A DNA stretch of 64,000 nt, taken from the IMG/VR virus record IMGVR_UViG_3300045988_183078, one strand, 5' to 3'. This stretch comes from a virus. The position numbers and the translations under genes are program-made. The notes under the pieces are model-generated. The model saw only the letters and a program-made list of their open reading frames with translations. It had not been told where the DNA came from and did no database searches. Below are positions 6,751 to 16,038 of this stretch, in pieces; within the stretch, counting starts at the first letter, position 1; the number at the start of each line of letters is the position of its first letter.

Positions 6751-9578
6751 CACAGACCTCCAAACGAAAGCTGCTCGCCCGTGGTCTGAGGCTTTGCTTC
6801 ACTCTTTTCTTTCTTCTTGGAACCAAAACTGCCACCGTTGCGCCGCTTATAGCCATAGCCCTTGTGCGCAGCCTGAACGGATTTGTACCCATACCCGTTT
6901 GCATCGTCCAGCACAGTGTTGGAATCCTCTTCCATGATGACATAGCGTACATCACCAGGTTTAGACAGCTTAGAGGAGCGAATAACTCGATAGTCGGCCG
7001 GGAACATTTCTTTCTCTTTCTTATACTGCTCTTCCCCATCCTTCCACCAGCCGACGGGCTCAGAATCATACGTCTTACGCTCCGGCGGCAAACGCTTGTA
7101 CTGGGAGAAGTCGTAAGGTTCCGTTGCGGTCTCTTCCGCGACTTTGACATCCACGCCCATGCTCTGCAAGCTGTTCAGCATCTGCTCAAAGCTGTCAGCT
7201 GGATTCAAAACTACCTGTTTCGGGGCTTGAGCCGGGCTGTACTGGGTGACAGGCTTCGGGCGCTTCTTCTCGCGGACTTTCCAGACCTTGAGAAGCTGAC
7301 GTTCGTTGAAGTCGATGACCAAGCCGCAGTCTTTGAGCATCTTGCGAACTACATAGGTAGAGAAGGTTGAATAGCCTGAATACGGGCCGACATGGTTCTC
7401 AATATCGACTGCCACGCAAGACATCTGATGCTCAAACTCTGCATGGACATCAAGCCACTGTTCGATGACATGGAGGAGTTCTTTCTTGTTGACCGATTCT
7501 TCCGTGGCTTTCTTATTCTGTTTCACGTATGCTTCGCAGGCTGCCAGAATCGTGTCATATCCGTTTACTGCCGTGCCATCCACGATAGAGCGGGTTCCGG
7601 CATCCAGGATGACATACTGCTCACCCTGCTTGATAATAGCAACGCCTTCGTCCTGCGGCGTTTCCTCTACAATGTTGCCGCCGGTATCAAATTCAGGCAG
7701 CGAAGTGTCGGACATAACTCGGTCAAGAATCGTATCGAGGCTTTGGGAGTAGTCTTTCTCCAGATTGTAGGAGAGAGCTTCCGTATAGACGCCCTTTGTG
7801 ATACACTTCACCACTGCGTTCAAAAACGCCGTGCGGTCCGGAATTTCGACTTCATACATCGTGTTATCCCGAATGTTCCAAAGTACACCGGTAGGCAGGC
7901 CTGTAGCGAGCATATAGCAAGCGCACTGGATGAAATGCTTGTGCGCGAGGTTCGACACAAATTTAAGGCAATATACTTTATTATCTTTGACTACATCGGC
8001 CATGCCACTGACGATAAGAGAAGTGACAGGCTGTTTCAATTCATCCTGCTCCACCACAAGTTTCAACTCGGCGCGTTCCTGAACCTCTTCGTCATGCGTG
8101 AACATAGTAGAAAGACGGTCGGTCAGTGCTTTAGCCTGCTCCGGCGTGATGAAAGGCAGTTCTACCTGCTTGATATAACGGTCCTGGCTCGTCATCAGCA
8201 TTGTAAGAAACAGAACTTTTTGCTCAACGGACTTCCAAGTGGTTGGAACCTTCGCCATCTTGTCCTTGTGTAGGTACATGAAGAAGGCGATGGCGCTGTC
8301 GATGTCGTAAAAATCGAAGAAGTTTGCCTGCTGGTAGATGCCAATGCAGGGAGACAGGTCAATCATCGCATCGGAGTGCTTGATTTCAATTTCCGTCTGG
8401 TCTTTCTGGAATGCCTGCTTGGCCGTGATAAGGCTGTAGCACAAGGCTAAATCCTCATCGAACTTGAAATCGAACATTTCACTGATGTCGAATTTGTCCT
8501 TAAAGGTGGTGCGAGTCTTGACAGGGGTCATCAGTGTCTTGTCACTCACGAGGCTACGCTTATCGGGTTTGACGAAGATGACCTCCTGCTTGCCACGGCT
8601 CGCAGCTACGCAAAAGAGGTTGCGCATGATTTCGTAGCGAGTCAGCGGCTGACGCATACGGGTTGCCCAGTAATCCTCGGTGAAATCGAAGACCACGCAG
8701 ATAGGACGTTCCATGCCCTTGCTGCCGTCGAACGTTGTGAAGATGCCCACATTGCTGTTCGGAGCTATGCTTTTTTCGCCGTCGTTGTCCTTGATGCTGG
8801 CATAAACATGTTTTTTGTCGTAAAGGTTATCGGGGCGCTCTTCCAAGGCATTCAAAACTGCGGCCATCTGGCCGGTACGAGCGCCAAGGCATAGGACGTT
8901 CTTCGGGTCCAAATCGTTGAGGTACTCGATGACCTCATCCTTCGTCATGGACTTGACTTTGCAGTTCTCGTTGACTCCGTTGATTTCCTTATTCCAGATA
9001 GTGCCAAGGCGCTCGGCCAAGTCGTGGGACAAGCGGAAGCATTGGGTAAAGTTGACCTGCGTGTGTTTGCCGAGGAACTTGTTGATGAAGTTCCAGATGT
9101 CCAATGACGTGGTATCGTAGATTTTTTGCTTCATGTCCCCTACTGCGATGATTTGCATGTCGGGGTTCTCTTCCTTGATATATTCAAGCATTCGAGAAAT
9201 TTCTTCGTTAATATCTTGGTACTCATCGATGATGAGCACGTCATAGCGACCGACCGGAACATGCAAATCGAGCGCCTTCTTAATTTGCTCGCCCTGTCCA
9301 ATATTACGAACTCCGTGCCGATAGAGGAGTTTTGAAGCAAAGCCGTGGTAGTTCTGAACGACAACATTGTCGTTTAGGATTTTTTCTTGCGCGTCGAGTT
9401 TTAGCAGACGGTTATAGGTCAGGTACAGAATCTGTTTGGAGGCGTCAAACTCGTTACACAACACGTTGATGGTCGATGTTTTACCGCTGCCGATGCAAGC
9501 GTCACAGAGTATATTTCTGCCTGCGAGAGCCAGGCGTACAAGGTCCTGTTGCTCAGTAGACAGGTTAGCGAGAGTCAT
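6750..9578 (-). CDS. superfamily-1 (UvrD/Rep-like) DNA helicase domain protein, 942 aa, with an uncharacterised about 500-aa C-terminal region
   Basis: Walker A DACIGSGKTS near the N-terminus, motif II VLIIDEYQDI. GGAGG RBS (GGAGGATTCAAACC ATG). Confidence 0.8.
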   Translation of the reverse strand: MTLANLSTEQQDLVRLALAGRNILCDACIGSGKTSTINVLCNEFDASKQILYLTYNRLLKLDAQEKILNDNVVVQNYHGFASKLLYRHGVRNIGQGEQIKKALDLHVPVGRYDVLIIDEYQDINEEISRMLEYIKEENPDMQIIAVGDMKQKIYDTTSLDIWNFINKFLGKHTQVNFTQCFRLSHDLAERLGTIWNKEINGVNENCKVKSMTKDEVIEYLNDLDPKNVLCLGARTGQMAAVLNALEERPDNLYDKKHVYASIKDNDGEKSIAPNSNVGIFTTFDGSKGMERPICVVFDFTEDYWATRMRQPLTRYEIMRNLFCVAASRGKQEVIFVKPDKRSLVSDKTLMTPVKTRTTFKDKFDISEMFDFKFDEDLALCYSLITAKQAFQKDQTEIEIKHSDAMIDLSPCIGIYQQANFFDFYDIDSAIAFFMYLHKDKMAKVPTTWKSVEQKVLFLTMLMTSQDRYIKQVELPFITPEQAKALTDRLSTMFTHDEEVQERAELKLVVEQDELKQPVTSLIVSGMADVVKDNKVYCLKFVSNLAHKHFIQCACYMLATGLPTGVLWNIRDNTMYEVEIPDRTAFLNAVVKCITKGVYTEALSYNLEKDYSQSLDTILDRVMSDTSLPEFDTGGNIVEETPQDEGVAIIKQGEQYVILDAGTRSIVDGTAVNGYDTILAACEAYVKQNKKATEESVNKKELLHVIEQWLDVHAEFEHQMSCVAVDIENHVGPYSGYSTFSTYVVRKMLKDCGLVIDFNERQLLKVWKVREKKRPKPVTQYSPAQAPKQVVLNPADSFEQMLNSLQSMGVDVKVAEETATEPYDFSQYKRLPPERKTYDSEPVGWWKDGEEQYKKEKEMFPADYRVIRSSKLSKPGDVRYVIMEEDSNTVLDDANGYGYKSVQAAHKGYGYKRRNGGSFGSKKKEKSEAKPQTTGEQLSFGGL

Positions 9579-9605
9579 GGTTTGAATCCTCCAGAATACG
9601 TATTA

Positions 9606-9653
9606 ACGCAAAAAGAATACCCCGGCAGGCACGCATGGTGTTCCGCCGGGGTA
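9606..9653 (-). terminator. leader hairpin (ACCCCGGC...GCCGGGGT) plus T-run between promoter P3 and the helicase gene
   Basis: Minus strand: ACCCCGGCGGAACACCATGCGTGCCTGCCGGGGTATTCTTTTTGCG. Confidence 0.55.
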
Positions 9654-9676
9654 CAATTATTTATCTTACAATATCA

Positions 9677-9704
9677 ATTGTAGGCAATTCGCACAGATGG
9701 TCAA
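9677..9704 (-). promoter_or_regulatory. promoter P3 (TTGACC-16-TACAAT), spacer atctGTGCGAATTGCc
   Basis: Minus-strand reading. The -10 is embedded in the dyad TACAATTGATATTGTA. Confidence 0.65.
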
Positions 9705-9751
9705 GCGCTTTTTATCGTATTTTGTTTTGAGTTTTGCGGGCACAAAAACAA

Positions 9752-9880
9752 CGTCCACCCGTGATTTACGGATGGACGTTCAATCTTACGCAGCCACATG
9801 TGCTGCTAAGATGCTTTCGGACGACATGTAGCCGATACCGTCCTCGTTTCAATCTTACGCAGTCACACGGGCTGCTACGG
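9752..9880. repeat. non-coding repeats: imperfect inverted repeat (9752-9778) and two roughly 30-bp direct repeats CAATCTTACGCAG(C/T)CAC... (9781-9810, 9850-9880)
   Basis: Seen directly in a 400-nt ORF-free stretch between the nucleotidyltransferase gene and P3. Confidence 0.5.
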
Positions 9881-9984
9881 CAAAATTACATAACAAAGAA
9901 TTTTGCATATATTCAGCATTGTATATTCTGCCACTATTGGTTCTACGTTATTTTTGTTTGCTATCACCGCATCTCTTTGCGGTT

Positions 9985-10992
9985 TTACATAATTCGATGC
10001 AGATAGGATTTGTTGATTTCTACGAGCAACTCCTCGATTTTCGCAAAATCGGGTTTTGCCGGGAGTTCCGTTTTCTTCACGTCACGCTGGAATTTCGTTT
10101 CGAGCTGGTCCACAAACTCGAAGAATTCAGGTGCATACGACCCATCCTCACGCATATACTTGCCGTTGCGGATAGCCAGCAGTTCTTCGTGCTCCTTGTC
10201 CCTGCGGGTGATAATGCGTCCTTGCTCCAGAATGTCAAAGGCTGTGTAATACAGTCTTACAAGGTGCATGGCGTGCTTATTGATGTGGGCAGCATCTTTT
10301 TGCGCTTTCGGATGCTGCGGCTGTTCATACTGGTCGATAGTCGTTGTCAGACCTCGAAGCAGGGACTTGAGAGAGTTGACAGGGTAGTTACTCAGATTTC
10401 CAGAAATCAAGAGAGGATGTTTGCCTTCAGAATCGACATCTTTACTGATGCTGATTTCAAAGACATCATCTTTACCCTGACCTGCAATCAGTCGTTCGAG
10501 GCTTCTCTTTTCAAACTTGTTTTTGAGTGGCTCAGGAGAAGCGCCGTTCCGCAGTAGCCCCATCTGCAAGCGTCTGAGCTGGTCGTTCGCAAAGCCACCA
10601 TAGCTGTATGCAATGCGCCGGGTCAGGAAAAGTTCCTTGTTATCCAGCAGCATCTGTCCTTCTGGAGTCATGTTCACATACAGCTTCGGGTCGTTGCCAA
10701 GAAGCTCAATGACATTAGGGTTACATTGGACAAGCAGGTTGACAAATTTATTGATGGCGTAGATGACGGTATCCGTCTGATTATTGATGACTTGCTCGAA
10801 GCGATTAAACCCCAAGATTTCAGGCGAACCAGCCGCACCACGGATGTCAACATCTGAACCCTCAACATTCGTACCATAGGCGTGGCTGCCGCCGATAGTC
10901 AAAAACAGGATGTTATCTCCCAGATGCTTGTTGGTACGTAAAAAATCGTATTCTTCACGCTGGAGAATCGCTTTCAATTCTGCGTTTGTCAT
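9985..10992 (-). CDS. Pol-beta-superfamily nucleotidyltransferase
   Basis: GGSHAYGTNVEGSDVDIRG = GS...D.D nucleotidyltransferase active-site motif. 335 aa. Confidence 0.7.
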   Translation of the reverse strand: MTNAELKAILQREEYDFLRTNKHLGDNILFLTIGGSHAYGTNVEGSDVDIRGAAGSPEILGFNRFEQVINNQTDTVIYAINKFVNLLVQCNPNVIELLGNDPKLYVNMTPEGQMLLDNKELFLTRRIAYSYGGFANDQLRRLQMGLLRNGASPEPLKNKFEKRSLERLIAGQGKDDVFEISISKDVDSEGKHPLLISGNLSNYPVNSLKSLLRGLTTTIDQYEQPQHPKAQKDAAHINKHAMHLVRLYYTAFDILEQGRIITRRDKEHEELLAIRNGKYMREDGSYAPEFFEFVDQLETKFQRDVKKTELPAKPDFAKIEELLVEINKSYLHRIM

Positions 10993-11012
10993 GTTACCAC
11001 TTCCTTACTATT

Positions 11013-11432
11013 TCACGTCATTGCAATACATTTCTTTTCAACCCGGACCCACTTCTCCGTACCCCTGTCATACTCCAGCACGTCTTTGGCAACCACTGTG
11101 CTTCCATCGATATATTCCAGAATTTGCCGCACACGCATGGGACGTTTCGCATCCTGTGCTATCCGTAGCGCTGCATCTCTGTACTCAACTGTGTATGCAG
11201 GCTCGTAGGTTACATACGGGCAGCCATCGGGTTGTGTCTGACGACTCAGCTCAAAGCGCGACCGGACGTAGCCGTTGTGCAGGGCATTACGGATGGCGCA
11301 AGCACTTTTTCTTTCGCCACTCTGTTCAAAGGTTTGTGCAATTTCCTCCACACACCGACAAAAATGCGTGGCATCTTGGCTGTGTTTTGCGAAAATCAGT
11401 TTTCGAATCAGCAGTGCTTCATCTTGACTCAC
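11013..11432 (-). CDS. hypothetical protein (139 aa)
   Basis: ORF co-oriented in the operon. No recognisable motif. Confidence 0.5.
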   Translation of the reverse strand: MSQDEALLIRKLIFAKHSQDATHFCRCVEEIAQTFEQSGERKSACAIRNALHNGYVRSRFELSRQTQPDGCPYVTYEPAYTVEYRDAALRIAQDAKRPMRVRQILEYIDGSTVVAKDVLEYDRGTEKWVRVEKKCIAMT

Positions 11433-11444
11433 GGCTCTCTCCTT

Positions 11445-11780
11445 TCACTTCTTCGTCGAGACCAAGAAGACTCTTTTGGAGAAAGTTCCCTTCTCTGCTG
11501 CCTTCTGGCTTCTGACCTGTTCCACTTCCCTCTTAGAAACAGCGCAAGTCTTGCCCATAGCGTACAGAACCTCCATGACGTCTGATATTTCCTCTGCACA
11601 GTCCAGAACGCTCCGTTGCTTGGCGGTGTAGGCTTCCAGCAGTTCGGCAACCTCTTCTTTCAGTTTCTCAGCCAGAGCATCTTCGTACTCCTTATCAGAC
11701 AGCTTACGGGTCACGCAGGTTTCTCCGTTTTTCTCAATAATAGCCGGGATATTATCCCGAACCAGCTTTTGAAACATCAT
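11445..11780 (-). CDS. MazG-like nucleoside triphosphate pyrophosphohydrolase (short all-alpha form)
   Basis: EEVAELLEAY ... EEISDVMEVLYAM ... matches the MazG/HisE-type EExxE metal-binding helices. ATG lies 4 nt after the upstream stop. GGAGGAAAG RBS. Confidence 0.7.
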   Translation of the reverse strand: MMFQKLVRDNIPAIIEKNGETCVTRKLSDKEYEDALAEKLKEEVAELLEAYTAKQRSVLDCAEEISDVMEVLYAMGKTCAVSKREVEQVRSQKAAEKGTFSKRVFLVSTKK

Positions 11781-11784
11781 AGTT

Positions 11785-12207
11785 TTATCTTTCCTCCAGT
11801 TTACAGCGCCGCAGCGGTATGCGCAGCTCACGACAGGTGTATGCGGTTTCTCGTTCATCATCGGTTCCTTCAAAGACTACACAGCCTTTCTGCTGTTGCT
11901 TGGAAAGGTATGCGGGTAAATCATCGTTTGTGACAGATACAAATAGGTATCCACGCTCACTGGCGTACATCGCAGCCAAGGCCGCAATCTTCTGCCCTGA
12001 TTCTGCTACAATGACAACCTTATCTCGCTTTGCCAGCATCTTGTCGAGATACTCAGCTACCTGTTTGCAGTGCTTCCCCATCGCTTGCTGCGTGGCAGTA
12101 ACACCACAAAAGAACCAATCCTTTTCGCAGATTCTGGCATCGCATTCCTTGCACTGAAGGTAAACCACATTGCCGTTTATGTATGGACAGTAAATGCTCA
12201 TTCGCAA
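11785..12207 (-). CDS. hypothetical protein with N-terminal Cys cluster (zinc-ribbon-like) and Rossmann-like C-terminal segment
   Basis: CPYINGNVVYLQCKECDARICEKDWFFCG, then DKVVIVAESGQKIAALAAMYASERGYLFVSV. Confidence 0.5.
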   Translation of the reverse strand: MRMSIYCPYINGNVVYLQCKECDARICEKDWFFCGVTATQQAMGKHCKQVAEYLDKMLAKRDKVVIVAESGQKIAALAAMYASERGYLFVSVTNDDLPAYLSKQQQKGCVVFEGTDDERETAYTCRELRIPLRRCKLEER

Positions 12208-12420
12208 TTACACCTTTTTGAAATATTTCTCAACGTATTCATCCGGCAGCTCCATGCGCATCTTATCCGGTCCTGTGAATTCCTTGAAGCTATATTGCCC
12301 ACCGCACCAGACCAGATGCCAGATAGTCCCGCGTTTGACGCGGTACGGCTTCTTTTTGCCATCAGGCCCGTCATACCATAGTGTCAGCGGCTTGACGCAT
12401 TTGTAATTTGTGTTATACAT
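12208..12420 (-). CDS. small hypothetical protein (70 aa, MYNTNYKCVKPLTLWYDGPDGKKKPY...)
   Basis: GGAG RBS. The longer 168-aa ORF in the track overlaps the macro gene and is judged spurious upstream of this Met. Confidence 0.45.
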   Translation of the reverse strand: MYNTNYKCVKPLTLWYDGPDGKKKPYRVKRGTIWHLVWCGGQYSFKEFTGPDKMRMELPDEYVEKYFKKV

Positions 12421-12469
12421 ATCGCTCCTTGTTTTTGTTGGTGGATTCTCCAACCCGTATTTATTTGTC

Positions 12470-12949
12470 TTATCTCTTATTCGGCGACAAAACCCAAATC
12501 TCCACATTAGCGTTCCACGCCTCAGCAGCTTCGGCAATGAGAGAAAAGACAGTGTCCCAATCACCGCCCGCCAGGCCGCAGCCGATGCTGCTCGGAATAC
12601 GGATAGTTGCTTCCGGGGCAATTTTCGAACAATCTCGCATAAACGTAAACAATGCCGTTGCAAAGGCAGCATAGTTCGTCTGACGTTCACCAAGTCCATA
12701 GTTATTTTGCCCAAACAGGTTCACGACATGAATGTTCGGCTCAACCCGGACTTTCTGGTAACTGCCAAGGAACTCCTTCCATGCCGGAATTTCCATATAT
12801 TGCTGGTACACAACGGGCCACTTACGGCGAATTTTGAGAGCAAGCCCCGCGCCCATCACGCCTCGACAATTCACCTGTTGACAGATGTAGACATCCTTGT
12901 TAGTAGGAAGATTCGTCAGGATGTCGCCGGAGATAATCTTGATGCTCAT
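12470..12949 (-). CDS. macro-domain ADP-ribosyl hydrolase, TARG1/DarG/Poa1p-like
   Basis: VYICQQVNCRGVMGAGLALKI matches the CxxxxxMGxGIA core of TARG1/DarG-type macro domains. 159 aa. Start lies 4 nt after the stop of paralog A1. Confidence 0.75.
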   Translation of the reverse strand: MSIKIISGDILTNLPTNKDVYICQQVNCRGVMGAGLALKIRRKWPVVYQQYMEIPAWKEFLGSYQKVRVEPNIHVVNLFGQNNYGLGERQTNYAAFATALFTFMRDCSKIAPEATIRIPSSIGCGLAGGDWDTVFSLIAEAAEAWNANVEIWVLSPNKR

Positions 12950-12953
12950 GTCC

Positions 12954-13553
12954 TCACTCCTTTATGACGGTATAGTTGCCCGTGGCAAAGCCCAGCAGCT
13001 TGTTGTAAAGTTCCGCAGCAATTTCAATGAATGTCTCGCTGCAAGGGCTTACCCTGTGCAGAAAACGCTTGTCTTGCTGCATCATAGATGCCATATTGAA
13101 GGCAATGGTAAGAACCTTTTTCTGCATGCGGCCGAAAGTCACGCCTCTCATTTCCACACTGTCAGGCGTTGCTGCCCACACGGATGCCTGTACTGTAATG
13201 GCCCACAGGTCCGCATCCCAGAAGCGAGCGTTTTCGTTGCCCATCAAGGGCCGCATAATGCGCCAGGCGTTCTCGTAGCTCTTGCCTTCGACATTTTCAA
13301 TGGCAGGCCCGAAGAAGCCGTCCGTTTTGTTGCTGAGTTCAATGAGACGCTCAGCCATCTTGGTGGCAGCGTAGGCCAGAGACTTGGCATCGGTGTCGTT
13401 CATTTCGATAGTCAGCTCTTCCCCATCGGGCTTGATGTACTTATACTTGTTCTCACCGATGGCTGCACTCTCCCACAGGATGCGGGGCAGTTCCTTCAGC
13501 ATGGTCTTGCTTGCACCAGCCTTTGCTTTATCAATGTAACTGCTGTTTGCCAT
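12954..13553 (-). CDS. paralog-family A protein (A1, 199 aa), unknown function; partner of the macro domain
   Basis: About 39% identity over the central region to the ORF at 19916-20578 (AKxLA...AERL..L.N.T.GF...G.....AW; both end ..AAEL...LLG). Confidence 0.6.
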   Translation of the reverse strand: MANSSYIDKAKAGASKTMLKELPRILWESAAIGENKYKYIKPDGEELTIEMNDTDAKSLAYAATKMAERLIELSNKTDGFFGPAIENVEGKSYENAWRIMRPLMGNENARFWDADLWAITVQASVWAATPDSVEMRGVTFGRMQKKVLTIAFNMASMMQQDKRFLHRVSPCSETFIEIAAELYNKLLGFATGNYTVIKE

Positions 13554-13591
13554 GTTGTGTTCCTTTCAGTTCAAATGATAGATGCCTTAAC

Positions 13592-13990
13592 TCAATTCAG
13601 TTTGTTTCCCGGATAGAGTGCATAATCATTGCGGGATGTATGCTCCTCGCTATGTATCAGCATCACGTTCGCCATGCTGGTGTAGTAGTCTTTGTCTCCG
13701 CTCATAGTGTCTTCGACCTCGAACTTGATGTTCAGACCGCCATCAACAATCTCGTACTTTACGAGTTTGGCTATGACCCACTGGTTATTATGTCGGTAGT
13801 AGATGTGGTCATAGTCAGGCTCTGCTGTCTCTGCTGTGCCGGGTTCGGCCGTCTCGCTCGTAGCAAACAGCTGCGACGGAATGTCTTTCAGCTCTTCCAG
13901 CGTCTGGTCTGCCACTTCACCGCATCCCTCGAAGGCTACCGCAACGACCAGAATCACGCACACAACCAATACTTTCTTTGCAAATCGCAT
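13592..13990 (-). CDS. secreted/lipoprotein, hypothetical
   Basis: MRFAKKVLVVCVILVVAVAFEGCGE signal peptide with Cys. The alternative start at 14017 is in the ORF track. Start uncertain. Confidence 0.5.
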   Translation of the reverse strand: MRFAKKVLVVCVILVVAVAFEGCGEVADQTLEELKDIPSQLFATSETAEPGTAETAEPDYDHIYYRHNNQWVIAKLVKYEIVDGGLNIKFEVEDTMSGDKDYYTSMANVMLIHSEEHTSRNDYALYPGNKLN

Positions 13991-14147
13991 AATCTGTTTC
14001 AAATGAATCACCACCATTATTGTAGGTGCAATGTGCTTTTTTGCTTTCTCTATCTATAATTTTACCTGTAAAAACAGCAAAATACAACGATAGTAGCTTG
14101 TTTTTAATCTTCTGTACACATTTTGAAAGAGTGTCTTTGCCATCGAA

Positions 14148-14186
14148 TAGAAAAGAAAAAGCCCGCCTGTTAGCAGCAGGCAGGCC
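14148..14186 (-). terminator. intrinsic terminator (GCCTG-loop-CAGGC plus GGGCTTTTTCTTTT)
   Basis: Minus strand: GCCTGCTGCTAACAGGCGGGCTTTTTCTTTT. Confidence 0.55.
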
Positions 14187-14321
14187 GTTCTCGCAGTGAG
14201 CGTTTTAGGTCCGCTCAAGACCCTATTCGTCTCTACCGAAGCAACGCTGTCAACGCTGTTCAGTATCTATTAGTATATGGTGGTCGCATATCGTGTCAAC
14301 TGGATATCGCGGCAATGCAAC

Positions 14322-14365
14322 AGAAAAAGGAGCCTCGCCCGTTTTTGCAGGTAAGACTCCTCGTT
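14322..14365 (-). terminator. terminator-like hairpin plus T-run immediately after C1
   Basis: Minus strand: GAGGAGTCTTACCTGCAAAAACGGGCGAGGCTCCTTTTTCTGTT. Confidence 0.45.
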
Positions 14366-14373
14366 CGTTTGGC

Positions 14374-14700
14374 TTAGCCTTCGATATCGAAAGTGTAGCC
14401 CTTCACGGTCATAGTGACCAGGCCGCCACGAGACTGACACTTTACGCCGTCCAGGCTGACATCGAGAGTCAGGCTGGAATCTTCGTTGTCCAGCCAGCTG
14501 GGCCGCATGTAGGCAGCGAGGTCGTGCAGCGCACCGATGACGTAAGCAACCAGGTCCTCATCATCCAGAGTCTGAGCAATCACATCGTTTTCCTTGTCGG
14601 CGGGAAAGCCGATGGAAGCGGTGATGCTGTCAAGGGTGTTGTCGTCCTTGGAGCGGAAAGCGGTGGCGCTGAACTCAATCAGGTTGGGGTTGATGTTCAT
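14374..14700 (-). CDS. paralog-family C small acidic protein (C1, 108 aa)
   Basis: AGGAGAATACC RBS. About 50% identical to 14886-15206. Net charge about -12. Confidence 0.65.
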   Translation of the reverse strand: MNINPNLIEFSATAFRSKDDNTLDSITASIGFPADKENDVIAQTLDDEDLVAYVIGALHDLAAYMRPSWLDNEDSSLTLDVSLDGVKCQSRGGLVTMTVKGYTFDIEG

Positions 14701-14748
14701 AGTGGTATTCTCCTTTATATTTGTTATTAGTTCCCTGTGGTACTTATT

Positions 14749-14776
14749 ATTGTATGCGACTCGCATAAGGCGTCAA
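14749..14776 (-). promoter_or_regulatory. promoter P4 (TTGACG-16-TACAAT), spacer ccttaTGCGAGTCGCA (dyad TGCGA.TCGCA)
   Basis: Minus-strand reading. Confidence 0.6.
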
Positions 14777-14831
14777 CCGTCGCGCCTACGGCTTTTGCAG
14801 CTATGCTCTCTTATCCGTTTAGCAGCTACGC

Positions 14832-14873
14832 AACAAAAAAGGAGCCTCACCCGCTGCTGCAGGCAAGGCTCTG
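14832..14873 (-). terminator. intrinsic terminator after C2 (GAGCCT...AGGCTC plus CTTTTTTGTTG)
   Basis: Seen on the minus strand. Confidence 0.55.
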
Positions 14874-14885
14874 AATTGTCTCAGC

Positions 14886-15206
14886 TTAATCTTCGAGGTT
14901 GAAGGTGAAGCCGTTTCCTTTCATAGCAACGAGACCGCCGCGTGACTGAGCCTCGCTGCCGTCGATGAAAATATCCAGCGTCAGGCTGGTATCCTCGCCG
15001 TCCAGCCAGTTGGGGCGTAGGTCGCTGACAAGGTTGTACAGTGCTGCAACAGCATGAACAATAAGCTTCTCATCGTCCAGCGTGTTCCCAATCACTTCGT
15101 CGTCGTTCTCCACGGGTACGCTGATGGAAGCCGAGAGACTTTCGAGGTTGTTGTCGTCATCATTGCGGAATGCGGTAGCTTCAAATTTCAGAGTGCAAGT
15201 ATTCAT
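14886..15206 (-). CDS. paralog-family C small acidic protein (C2, 106 aa)
   Basis: AAAGGAGATTTCCC RBS. Tandem duplicate of C1 with its own promoter and terminator. Confidence 0.65.
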   Translation of the reverse strand: MNTCTLKFEATAFRNDDDNNLESLSASISVPVENDDEVIGNTLDDEKLIVHAVAALYNLVSDLRPNWLDGEDTSLTLDIFIDGSEAQSRGGLVAMKGNGFTFNLED

Positions 15207-15253
15207 GGGAAATCTCCTTTGTATATGTTATTGGGGGTCTTCTTGCACCTTTA

Positions 15254-15281
15254 ATTGTACGCAAATCGCACGATACAGCAA
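15254..15281 (-). promoter_or_regulatory. promoter P5 (TTGCTG-16-TACAAT), spacer tatcGTGCGATTTGCG
   Basis: Minus-strand reading. Confidence 0.55.
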
Positions 15282-15343
15282 TATAAAATTTGCTTAATCA
15301 AATCCGGTATATTTGAATTTAATTCGTGAAATCCTGAATTCCT

Positions 15344-15922
15344 TTATTCGCTTGACGTTAGCTCTTTTTCAAACTCGACTTTGAGTTGCTTTGCCCTTTC
15401 ATCAGCACATAGTTTGTCATATAATAGTTTATCGTCTCTATCGTAAGAGTTAAAGACGTATGTGTTTTTTATGCAAGCCATGTTGCTTGTCGCACACCAT
15501 GATTTTGCATGCCCAATTAAGCATTCGCACAGCTGTTTTACATCTATAATTCTAAACTGCTCAAAAGATAATCCGCTACAGTGGTTGCCCAAAGAAAAGA
15601 ACAATCTTTTCTTGCCGTCTGCTATATTGGCGCATCCAGCGTGTACTATATCGCATCGCAGATTGTATAAGACATCAGCAAATTCCGTGCCAAGGCACTC
15701 TTTTATCCATATATCATTATTCATTTGAGATTTGCACCAATCCACATAGCATTTTTTATCATTGAAATAGTTCCCATTTTTATAAGCTTCATTATTAGCG
15801 TATTCCAATCTCGAACACATACTTGGAAGCATTAGTGCTACAGACAAAGCACTCCAATAATTTTCGTCTTTCAGAGACTTTTCGCCAGAAGTAATAAAAT
15901 CATAAATGTTAAAATAACTCAT
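15344..15922 (-). CDS. Cys-rich hypothetical protein (192 aa) in AT-rich island
   Basis: Local GC about 33% versus about 50% in flanks. No recognisable domain. Confidence 0.55.
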   Translation of the reverse strand: MSYFNIYDFITSGEKSLKDENYWSALSVALMLPSMCSRLEYANNEAYKNGNYFNDKKCYVDWCKSQMNNDIWIKECLGTEFADVLYNLRCDIVHAGCANIADGKKRLFFSLGNHCSGLSFEQFRIIDVKQLCECLIGHAKSWCATSNMACIKNTYVFNSYDRDDKLLYDKLCADERAKQLKVEFEKELTSSE

Positions 15923-16038
15923 TTGTTAACGCTCCTTTCCTTAAAACAAAAAGCCTCCCACCGCAGTCAGTGTGATACTGATTACGATAGGAGGCTGTAA
16001 ACATGTTGTGATGTTTGTATTATAACGCTTATACTACA

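Noticed and set aside
7392-8273. 293-aa plus-strand ORF
   Set aside because: Entirely antisense to the SF1 helicase gene, whose motifs are intact.
9985-10992. Nucleotidyltransferase as a CBASS cyclase (CD-NTase)
   Set aside because: No adjacent effector (phospholipase, TM, nuclease) or Cap2/Cap3 genes. The GS..D.D motif is shared by many Pol-beta NTases. It was kept as a generic nucleotidyltransferase.
12208-12714. 168-aa ORF upstream of the macro gene
   Set aside because: Its N-terminal 98 residues overlap the macro-domain gene in another frame and are R/L-rich. Only the C-terminal 70-aa portion with its own RBS was kept.
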